Assembly (NCBI GenBank): GCA_043749955.1
Contig: JAYVCM010000389.1
Span: 1 to 43,527, forward strand
Reading direction: 5' to 3'
Length of the DNA: 43,527 nt
DNA from: Limisphaerales bacterium
GTDB lineage: Bacteria > Verrucomicrobiota > Verrucomicrobiia > Limisphaerales > UBA11358
How positions within the stretch are numbered: the first letter of the stretch is position 1; each line of letters begins with the position of its first letter. Position numbers and translations under genes: made by a program. Shown one piece after another: positions 30,187 through 37,557 of the stretch. The notes under the pieces were generated by a model. That model did not search any database. It saw only the letters and a list, made by a program, of their open reading frames with translations, and had not been told where the DNA came from.

Positions 30187-31275
30187 ATGAAAACATTAAC
30201 CAAATTATTCGCAGTGATGTCATTCGCCATCGTCGTTTCGGCGCACGCCGCCGAGAAGACGTTGATAGATTATTTTCTGCCGACGCCGATCGTCGGTGCC
30301 TTGACGACGAATGTGTGGGGCGCGCCCGGCGTTTTCCCGCGCGATCCGCAGAACGGTCTTGAAGACACGACCATGACCAACTGGTGTTATTGGGACGGCC
30401 AGATCATCAGGGCGCCGGACGGAAAATTTCACATGTTCGCCAGCCGTTGGGATCAGGCCAAGGGCCACAATGGATGGTTTGGCTCGGTGGCCGTTCATGC
30501 CGTCAGCGACAATCCGGTCGGGCCGTATGTGGACAAAGGCATGTGCTGGCCGGACAGCATGGGCGGCAAAGGTCATAACGTGACGGCGTTGGTTCTGCCC
30601 CACGATGAAGGTTATGCCGTCATCGTCAGTGAGACGCGTCCGGGCGCGGTGTTTGTTTCCAAATCTTTGGACGGGCCTTGGACGGTGAAAGATTTGCTCA
30701 CGGTGACCGGCCAGACAAATTGGCGCGCGTCCAACGTGAGCGTCCTGCTCCGGCCGGATGGCGATTACATGATTGTGCCGCGCAATGGCCGCGTCATGAT
30801 CAGCAAGGCCGCCGATGGCGTCTGCGGCCCTTACACGATTGTGGGGCCGGCTTTTCCCAAGGGTATTCCTAATCTCGAAGACCCCGTCGTTTGGCATAGC
30901 GGCGGACTTTATCACATCGTCGTCAATTCCTGGAGCACGCGGACGGCCTATCATCTCACGTCCAAAGATGGCAAGACCAACTGGGTCAATCGCGGACTGG
31001 CATACGATCCGAGAAAGGATTTTGTGCGCTATACCGACGGCACGATCAACCATTGGGACAAGATGGAACGTCCCGGCGTGCTGCTGGAAAATGGCCATGT
31101 GAAATACTTCACGCTCGCGGTGCTCGACGTGGAAAAAAATCAGGAACGCGGCAACGACACGCACGGCAGCAAGGTCGTGGTGATTCCATTCGACGGCGAG
31201 ACGTTTGATCGTGACATGGCAAAAATCGTTGCGGCGGAAGACGCGGCGGCGGTTGCGCCCGCCAAGAATCAATAA
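30187..31275 (+). CDS. Secreted beta-propeller-type glycoside hydrolase-like protein (GH43/GH117-like fold); family uncertain
   Basis: ORF-track frame 30145..31275 trimmed to the ATG at 30187 (MKTLTKLFAVMSFAIVVSAHAAE). Blade-like repeats CYWDGQIIRAPDGKFHMFASRW, AVHAVSDNPVGPYVDKG, LEDPVVWHSGGLYHIVVNSW and ERPGVLLENGHVKYFTLAV. Confidence 0.45.
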   Translation: MKTLTKLFAVMSFAIVVSAHAAEKTLIDYFLPTPIVGALTTNVWGAPGVFPRDPQNGLEDTTMTNWCYWDGQIIRAPDGKFHMFASRWDQAKGHNGWFGSVAVHAVSDNPVGPYVDKGMCWPDSMGGKGHNVTALVLPHDEGYAVIVSETRPGAVFVSKSLDGPWTVKDLLTVTGQTNWRASNVSVLLRPDGDYMIVPRNGRVMISKAADGVCGPYTIVGPAFPKGIPNLEDPVVWHSGGLYHIVVNSWSTRTAYHLTSKDGKTNWVNRGLAYDPRKDFVRYTDGTINHWDKMERPGVLLENGHVKYFTLAVLDVEKNQERGNDTHGSKVVVIPFDGETFDRDMAKIVAAEDAAAVAPAKNQ

Positions 31276-31322
31276 TCAGTCGGTGCGATGACCGTGAATA
31301 TGATTACCGGAAAAACCAAGCC

Positions 31323-34169
31323 ATGAAACCCATGCTTCACTTCACGCGGCTATTGAGTTTGGTCGCGCTGCTCGCCGGTGCCATCGCAACGCCGGCGCAA
31401 AATCCATCGCCTGCTTCTCCGCGCGAGCGGCTTTCGCTGGATCGCGCGTGGATGTTTCACGAGGGCGACGTTCCGTTCCCGGTGATCACCGGCCATCAGC
31501 AATCTTACAACAACGCCAAGGCTGGCAGTTCGTGGGGCGCGGCCTCGCCGAGTTTTGATGACTCGTCGTGGAAGCAGGTGAATCTCCCGCACGACTGGGC
31601 GGTGGAACAGCCGTTCGATGAGAAGGCGAACATCTCGCAAGGCTATCGCGCACGCGGCATGGGCTGGTATCGAAAATATTTTCGCCTCGATCCTGCCGAC
31701 CACGGCAAGCATCTGGAAATCCAGCTCGACGGCATCGCGACGCATTGCACGGTCTGGGTCAACGGTGTCCTCGCGGCGCGCAACTGGTGCGGCTACACGT
31801 CGGTCTATGTGGACATCACGCCGTTTGCGAAATTCGGCTCGGACGTGAATGTCCTCGCGGTGCAGGTGGACGCAAACACACAAGAAGGCTGGTGGTATGA
31901 AGGCGCGGGGCTTTACCGCCACACCTGGCTGGTGAAACGCAATCCCGTTCACGTCATCACCGATGGCGTATATGCAAATCCCGTTTGCACAAATGGTGCG
32001 TGGACGCTGCCGGTCGAGGTGACGCTGGAAAATTCCGGGCATGATTTGACCAACGCCGATGTCGCCGTGGTGTTGATTGATCCGGCGGGAAAAGAAATCG
32101 CGTTCAAAAAAGTTCCGGCCACGGTCACTGCGCTCGCTCAATCCGTTGTGAAATTGTCGCTGCCAGTCTCGTCGCCGAAATTGTGGTCGGTGGACGAGCC
32201 GACATTGTATTCCGTCCGCACCGTTGTCCTGAACGGCAAGGAAGTTTTGGATCAGGTCACGACGACCTGCGGCTTCCGCACGATTCGCTTCGACGCCGAC
32301 AAGGGATTTTTTCTGAACGAGCAGCCGGTCAAGCTCATGGGGACTTGCAATCATCAGGACATGGCGGGTGTCGGCGTGGCCGTGCCGGATTCCATCTGGG
32401 ATTTCCGCGTGCGCCGCTTGAAGGAGATGGGCGCGAACGCCTACCGCTGCGCGCACAATCCGCCCGCCGCCGAATTTCTTGCCGCGTGCGACCGGCTGGG
32501 AATGTTGGTGATGGATGAGAACCGCAACTTCGGTTCGTCGCCGGAGTATTTGAAGCAACTTGAATGGATGGTGCGTCGCGACCGCAATCATCCCAGCGTG
32601 ATTCTGTGGTCGGTGTTCAACGAAGAACCGTCGCAAGGCAGCGAGATGGGTTACGAAATGGTTCGCCGCATGAGCGCCGTCGTCAAAAAATTCGACCTCA
32701 CGCGTCCGGTCACGGCGGCGCAAAGCAGCGCGATGCTGAATGCGGTCAATGCGTCGCAGGCGGCGGATGTGTCCGGCTTTAATTACCAGTGGCAAAGCTA
32801 CGATGCGTATCACAAACAAAATCCCACGAAGCCGATGTTCAGTTCGGAAGACACGTCGGCGGTGATGACGCGCGACGAATACGCCACGAATCGGCGCGGC
32901 GACAATCCGGTTCTAAGTTCGTATGACGACCAGATCGCCGGCGGCTGGGCGACGTCGCATCGCAACGCGTGGAAGCAGATTGCCACGCGTCCGTTTGTCG
33001 CGGGCACGATGGTGTGGACGGGTTTTGATTATCGCGGCGAACCGCAGCCGTTGCCATGGCCGTCCGCCGGTTCTTCTTTTGGCTGCATGGATTTGTGCGG
33101 CTTTCCCAAGGCGGCTTACTATTTGCATCAAGCGCAGTGGATTCAGAACCGTCCCATCTTGCAACTCATCCCGCATTGGAACTGGGCGGGCAGCGAAGGC
33201 AAGCCCATCAAGGTGATGGCATTTTCCAACGCCGAAAAAATCGCGCTCCTGCTGAACGGCAAACTGCTCGAAGAAAAACCCGTGGACAAATTTGAAATGG
33301 TGACGTTCGACGTTCCCTATGAAGAGGGAAAACTCGAAGCCGTCGCCAGCACTGGCGGCAAAGAAGTCGCGCGCTTCGCCGTCGAGACCACGGGCGCGGC
33401 GGCGGGATTGAAACTCATCGCGGATCGCGCGAGCCTTGCGGGTGATGGCAACGATGCGCAGCCCGTCAAGGTGCAAGTCGTGGACGCGCAAGGCCGCATC
33501 GTGCCGACGGCGAATCAGTCGGTAAAATTTGAATTAAACGGCGCGGGCGCAATCATCGGCCTGAACAACGGCGATCCGAATTGCCACGAACCGGAAAAAG
33601 GAAACCAGCACAGCGTCTTCCACGGACTCGCGCAGGTAATCTTGCAGAGCGCTTTGGCTGGTTCGGGAAAATTGACCCTGCGCGCCACGAGCGAAGGTCT
33701 CGCGCCCGCCGAAATCACGATTGATGTGACCGCCGCACCAGCGTTACCCGCCGTGCCGGTGGCGCATCCGACATTCGTCGTCCGCAACTGGAGAATGTCA
33801 CCGGTTTCGGCGGTGCGCCCCGAACCGAATCAGAAAATTGGCGATTCCGATATGAACACATGGGCCAGCATCCAACCAGGCCGTCGTTTGCCGTCGTTCA
33901 ACGGCGGCAGCTTCGCCATTTTTCGCGCTCAGTTCACCCCACACGCCGGAATGCAGAAGTCCGGCGGCAAAATCAATTTCCCCAACGTCACCGGCAACGC
34001 GCAAGTCTGGCTCGACGGCAAGCTTGTCGCGGAAAAGACTGATCCTGAAAGAAAAAGTTTCTCCACAGTTTTTCCGCCCGGTGATGGTGAAAGAACCATC
34101 AATATTGTCATTGAATCACCCGCGTCGGACATGCCTGCCGGACTTGGAGGTGCCGTGACGATTGAATAG
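31323..34169 (+). CDS. GH2-family beta-galactosidase/beta-glucuronidase-like hydrolase
   Basis: Signal peptide. Motifs LDRAWMFHEGD, WKQVNLPHDWAVEQPFD, GMGWYRKYFRLD, LEIQLDGIATHCTVWVNG, YRCAHNPPAAEFLAACDRLGMLVMDEN, HPSVILWSVFNEE and GTMVWTGFDYRGEP. Confidence 0.88.
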   Translation: MKPMLHFTRLLSLVALLAGAIATPAQNPSPASPRERLSLDRAWMFHEGDVPFPVITGHQQSYNNAKAGSSWGAASPSFDDSSWKQVNLPHDWAVEQPFDEKANISQGYRARGMGWYRKYFRLDPADHGKHLEIQLDGIATHCTVWVNGVLAARNWCGYTSVYVDITPFAKFGSDVNVLAVQVDANTQEGWWYEGAGLYRHTWLVKRNPVHVITDGVYANPVCTNGAWTLPVEVTLENSGHDLTNADVAVVLIDPAGKEIAFKKVPATVTALAQSVVKLSLPVSSPKLWSVDEPTLYSVRTVVLNGKEVLDQVTTTCGFRTIRFDADKGFFLNEQPVKLMGTCNHQDMAGVGVAVPDSIWDFRVRRLKEMGANAYRCAHNPPAAEFLAACDRLGMLVMDENRNFGSSPEYLKQLEWMVRRDRNHPSVILWSVFNEEPSQGSEMGYEMVRRMSAVVKKFDLTRPVTAAQSSAMLNAVNASQAADVSGFNYQWQSYDAYHKQNPTKPMFSSEDTSAVMTRDEYATNRRGDNPVLSSYDDQIAGGWATSHRNAWKQIATRPFVAGTMVWTGFDYRGEPQPLPWPSAGSSFGCMDLCGFPKAAYYLHQAQWIQNRPILQLIPHWNWAGSEGKPIKVMAFSNAEKIALLLNGKLLEEKPVDKFEMVTFDVPYEEGKLEAVASTGGKEVARFAVETTGAAAGLKLIADRASLAGDGNDAQPVKVQVVDAQGRIVPTANQSVKFELNGAGAIIGLNNGDPNCHEPEKGNQHSVFHGLAQVILQSALAGSGKLTLRATSEGLAPAEITIDVTAAPALPAVPVAHPTFVVRNWRMSPVSAVRPEPNQKIGDSDMNTWASIQPGRRLPSFNGGSFAIFRAQFTPHAGMQKSGGKINFPNVTGNAQVWLDGKLVAEKTDPERKSFSTVFPPGDGERTINIVIESPASDMPAGLGGAVTIE

Positions 34170-34183
34170 TAAAGCTTGCGGAA

Positions 34184-35200
34184 ATGGCCGACTTGAACAT
34201 TCGCAATGTTGAGCGAATTGAAGCGGCCGCGTTGGACTTGCTCATCACAACGGTTGTTCCGATCTCCGAGGGCTTCAAACAACATCCCGATCACACCCTC
34301 TTCACTTCAACTGCCCGGAGCCGGACCGAAGCTGGTTCTCCGCCGGCACTTCACTGTTCCGCCCGCCGAGCCGCCGACCGAAGCATTCAACAAGTTCGGG
34401 TGCAGTGGCCAATGTTTCTCTGGCTTGCAAATTGTGATTCTGAAAAAATTTAGCAGGGGAGTGCATCCGCACGCGAAGATTCCAGCGCGCTCGCCTCGTC
34501 CAGTGTATGGCCCGCCTGCGCCTGTCAAGGTAGTCCGAAAATAAAACGTGGCGCTGCGCGCCGTGGTTTCGGTTTGCGGCTCCACCGTTGACAGGCGCAG
34601 GCGGGCCAAAGACGTGGCTGGTTAAGATTCGCGCGCGGGAGTGTTTTCACGCCGGTTTAAATTTTTGGAACATGACCAGCGGTTACATGGTCGCCGAACA
34701 TCTCATCAAGCTCGGTTGCAAACGGCTTTGCTTCATCGCCCGCCCGCTCTCGATGGCGACGGTGGACGCGCGCATCGCCGGCGTGCGCGAAGCGATGGCC
34801 CGGCATCGCATCCAACCCGATGGCGGCTGGATTCGCAGCGGTGATCCGGGCGCCCTGAAATTCGTCCGCTCGCTCAACGCCGGCAAAACAGAGCGATGCC
34901 TTCATCTGCGCGAATGACTTCACCGCCGCCACGCTGTTGCGCTCCTGGCAATCCATCGGCGTGCGCGCACCCATAGATTTTCGAGTGGTCGGTTTTGACG
35001 ATGTGAAATACGCCACGCTCGTTTTGCCGCCGCTGACCACCGTTCACCAACCGTGCCGCGACATCGCAGTGATTGCCTTTCGCACCATGCTGGAAAGATT
35101 GGCGGAGCCGAGTTTGCCGGCGCGCAGCATTTATCTGACGCCGCATCTCGTCGTGCGTGAATCTTGCGGGGCGTATCTGCCCAGACCCAAAACGGGATGA
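34184..35200 (+). pseudogene. Decayed LacI-family transcriptional regulator (frameshifted; N-terminal HTH barely recognisable)
   Basis: Clear LacI ligand-binding-domain similarity lies in two different frames. The first is GYMVAEHLIKLGCKRLCFIARPLSMATVDARIAGVREAMARHRIQPDGGW (34684-34833). After a frameshift near 34860-34890 comes PAKQSDAFICANDFTAATLLRSWQSIGVRAPIDFRVVGFDDVKYATLVLPPLTTVHQPCRDIAVIAF, ending at the stop at 35200. Upstream, weak HTH-like remnants (MADLNIRNVERIEAA...TTV; SSQRLFRSPRAS in another frame) start at 34184. The total span of about 339 codons matches a LacI-family protein. Confidence 0.6.
34508..34608. repeat. 101-nt nested palindromic (rod-like hairpin) element inside the LacI pseudogene
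   Basis: Perfect 21-nt inverted repeat TGGCCCGCCTGCGCCTGTCAA (34508-34528) / TTGACAGGCGCAGGCGGGCCA (34588-34608). It encloses an inner CCGAAA...TTTCGG stem and a central CGTGGCGC-TGC-GCGCCGTG stem, the last with two G-T wobble positions. Confidence 0.75.
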
Positions 35201-35292
35201 ATGCAATCGGGTTACTTCAACTTGGCGGATTAGCAATTCACGAAGCAGCCCTGCAAGCCGCTGGTTTTGGGGAAGGCCCCTCAAATTTATGG

Positions 35293-35320
35293 TTGACATT
35301 TGTATCTCGTAAGATACTGT
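35293..35320 (+). promoter_or_regulatory. Possible promoter/operator upstream of the island's first gene
   Basis: TTGACA at 35293-35298, then a 6-nt inverted repeat GTATCT-CGTA-AGATAC (35302-35317) overlapping a poor -10 candidate (TACTGT at 35315-35320). The ATG lies at 35330, so the mRNA would be nearly leaderless. Weak. Confidence 0.2.
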
Positions 35321-35329
35321 GTAAGAAAT

Positions 35330-36046
35330 ATGGCGTTCATTCAGTTTCCATTCATCGAGGTGCCGAAAGATTTACGCAAGCTGGTCGGCGAGCCGACACG
35401 CGGGACGCGCGCCTACCGCCAGGAGGGAACCCACGCGGAATGTGGTCAGTGGATTGAAGACCTTGGCTTGCACTACAAGGGCGATGTGGGTATCTCGCCT
35501 GCTGGCGTCACCATGTTCGTGCCCGTCCAACGGGCGGCCGTCCATAAACGCATCAAGGAAGGCAAGCTGACGGCGTTCTTCTTTTACATTACTCACGTTG
35601 AAAGCACTTTTTTTGGCACCAAGCGCAAAGTCAAACTGCGCCCTTACATCATGTTGTCCTTGAGCGAGTGCAAGGCGTGGGCGGCAGAAATGAAACGACG
35701 GATGGGTTATGTAGATGAGCCGGGCGAAAGCCTGATGGAGCAGCGAAAAAAGCTCCAGCCCGCCGCAGCGGCGGACGAGCCGAAAACCCGGAAGGAAGCC
35801 GAGGAAGCAGAAAAATTTGTTTCCACCAACCCGAAGGACAAGGGCAACCGGAAGATCCGGTATGAAGAGGCCTTGAGCACAGAGAACCGGCAGCAGGATA
35901 TGTTTTTGTTGCTGGCGGAAGCGATGGCGGCGATGGCGTCCGGCAAGCAAGCGGAGTTGTATCGCAGGCGACTGGCGCAGGGGATGGAGTGGGACAAGAA
36001 AAACAAAACTTGGAAATGGAAGGATGACCATGAACCCGGAAAATGA
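35330..36046 (+). CDS. Hypothetical protein with an excisionase/MerR-like winged-HTH segment and a Lys/Glu-rich C-terminal half
   Basis: ATG at 35330 preferred over the TTG at 35300. GISPAGVTMFVPVQRAAVHKRIKEGKLTAFFF resembles Xis-type HTH domains. The C-terminus is EPKTRKEAEEAEKF...KKNKTWKWKDDHEPGK. No family recognised. Confidence 0.55.
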   Translation: MAFIQFPFIEVPKDLRKLVGEPTRGTRAYRQEGTHAECGQWIEDLGLHYKGDVGISPAGVTMFVPVQRAAVHKRIKEGKLTAFFFYITHVESTFFGTKRKVKLRPYIMLSLSECKAWAAEMKRRMGYVDEPGESLMEQRKKLQPAAAADEPKTRKEAEEAEKFVSTNPKDKGNRKIRYEEALSTENRQQDMFLLLAEAMAAMASGKQAELYRRRLAQGMEWDKKNKTWKWKDDHEPGK

Positions 36047-36227
36047 ATTTAACGACCGGCTGATCCGTCTACCCGAACTGGAACGGATTTTCGGCGTCTG
36101 CAAGCGGACGGTGAGACGGAGGGCGGAAAATGGCGAGTTGCCACCGCTGCGGCGGATTGGCCGGGCGGTGGGAATGTTGGAGAGCCAAGTTAAAATCTGT
36201 TTTCAGAAAATGAGCCAAACCAATTAG
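36030..36227 (+). CDS. AlpA/excisionase-family HTH DNA-binding protein
   Basis: RLIRLPELERIFGVCKRTVRRRAENGELPPLRRIGRAVGMLESQV matches the AlpA/Xis HTH pattern. The start is at 36030 (AAGGA 5 nt upstream) or 36024. It overlaps the end of the upstream gene. Confidence 0.7.
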   Translation: MNPENEFNDRLIRLPELERIFGVCKRTVRRRAENGELPPLRRIGRAVGMLESQVKICFQKMSQTN

Positions 36228-36240
36228 CGAAAGGAGAAAT

Positions 36241-37557
36241 ATGATTGCCTACATCTATCGGCCAAAGCGTCAACGCAAAGGCAAACAGTTTTCCAACCGC
36301 ATTTGGCGGGCGCGCATTAAACTGAATGGTGACACCAGGGCGAAGGACATTTCACTGCACTGCGCGGACAAACAAACTGCCGAACAAAAACTGCGGGACT
36401 GCATCCGCGATCAGGAACGGACGGCGGTTGGTTTGTTGACACCAACGGCGCAACGTGAGACGTTTGAAAATCCAATGGAGCAGGTGGTGGAAAGTTATGT
36501 TACGGATTTGAAGGCATTGGGACGCTCCGCTGATCATGTCCGCCATGTGGACAAGCGGTTGCGGCGGCTTATCCGGGAATGCAAATGGCAAAATCTCCGC
36601 GAAGCCACGGCCGATTCATTCCTGCGTTGGCGTGCTGGCCAAAAGCAGACTCCCAAAACCATCAACGAATATCAGGCGGCGCTGTCGGCACTGTTCACTT
36701 GGCTGCGCAAACAGAATCGCGTCGGGGCTAATCCTTTTGAACTCGTCACCAAAGTAGATGCGCGCGGCAAGGAAAGCTTCCATCGCCGGGCATTGAATGA
36801 CGACGAAGCCAGGCAATTGCTGGCAGGGCCGCGCCGTCCGCTCTATTTACTCGCGCTGCACACAGGTTTGCGCCGTGGTGAAATCAATGCGTTGCATTGG
36901 GGTGATTTGCATCTGGACGTAGCCAATCCGTTTTATTTGGTTCCCGTGGCACAGAGCAAAAGCCGCAAGGAACAACCTCGCCCACTGCATCCCGAATTGG
37001 TCAGGGAATTGCAGGGGTTGAAGACTTCTAGCAAAGTGACGCCCGAAACCTTGGTGTTTCCCGGACGAGTGCCGCCGATGAAAGTTATCCGCGCGGACTT
37101 CGAGGTCGCAGGCATTCCGTTGGAAGATGAACGCGGACATCGCGTGGACTTCCATGCGTTACGGATGACCTACATCACGCGGTTGCAACGAGCGGGCGTT
37201 TCGCCGCGCGAAGCAATGGAACTGGCGCGGCATAGCGATATGCGCCTGACGATGAAAACCTACACAGACGCGGCGGCATTACCATTGGCGGCAACCGTCC
37301 GGGGACTGCCCGCGTTTGATGACTCACAAATAGACTCACAAACTTTAGTCGCCGACGGTCAATTAGTGTCACCGTCGGTCATCGGCTTGAAACAAATTAA
37401 AGCAGGTAAAAACCCTGAAGACATTGATGAAAGTCACGGTTTGACTCTTGGTGTCGCAACTTGTCACTCCGAGCAGTTAGGTCCCGCTCGGGGGTTCGAA
37501 TCCCCCTCTCTCCGCCAGTTTATTTTCAACGGTCTCCTTCGTTCGCCTGACACCGGC
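36241..37557 (+). CDS. Tyrosine recombinase / phage-type integrase; no stop codon, and the frame continues into xseA
   Basis: AAGGAG SD at 36231-36236. Catalytic signature R (LHTGLRRGE), HxxR (FHALRMTY), H (ARHSDMRL) and Y (MKTYTD). Recognisable integrase similarity ends near 37330. The ORF track shows one uninterrupted ORF, 36241..38928. Confidence 0.8.
37486..37517 (+). other. 3' fragment of a tRNA-Ser/Sec-type gene (T-arm, 3' acceptor strand, discriminator G, CCA); probable att site
   Basis: GGGGG-TTCGAAT-CCCCC (37490-37506), then TCTCTCC-G-CCA (37507-37517). No complementary 5' acceptor strand (GGAGAGA) occurs in the preceding 100 nt, so this is not a complete tRNA. Confidence 0.6.

Larger units (their letters stand above)
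35201..37517 (+). mobile_element. Integrative-element module (Xis-like hypothetical, AlpA-like HTH, tyrosine integrase) ending at a tRNA 3'-fragment att site; left boundary undefined
   Basis: Gene content, adjacency of the integrase to a tRNA T-arm/acceptor/CCA fragment, visibly more AT-rich sequence than the flanks, and SD motifs that neighbouring genes lack. No left-end direct repeat or intact tRNA was found in the window. Confidence 0.6.

Noticed and set aside
34336-34343. TCTCCGCC 8-mer matching the tRNA fragment end, as a possible left att repeat
   Set aside because: Too short to distinguish from chance in GC-rich DNA, and the flanking bases do not match.
34184-34609. Small ORFs in the post-GH2 region (34184..34453, 34206..34544 on plus; 34307..34609 on minus) as real genes or a toxin-antitoxin pair
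   Set aside because: They overlap each other in different frames and have no recognisable domains. They are best explained as frame fragments of the decayed LacI N-terminus plus the palindromic element.
35201-35292. The 92-nt spacer after the LacI pseudogene as a decayed intact tRNA (the expected attL partner)
   Set aside because: The length is suggestive, but there is no T-loop (only a GGGG-AAGG-CCCC mini-hairpin), no acceptor complementarity and no match to the 37486-37517 fragment.
37420-37517. A complete tRNA or tmRNA gene at the integrase 3' end
   Set aside because: T-arm, 3' acceptor strand and CCA are present, but no complementary 5' acceptor strand (GGAGAGA or a G-U variant) and no recognisable D-arm or anticodon arm were found in the preceding ~100 nt. 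It is treated as a fragment.
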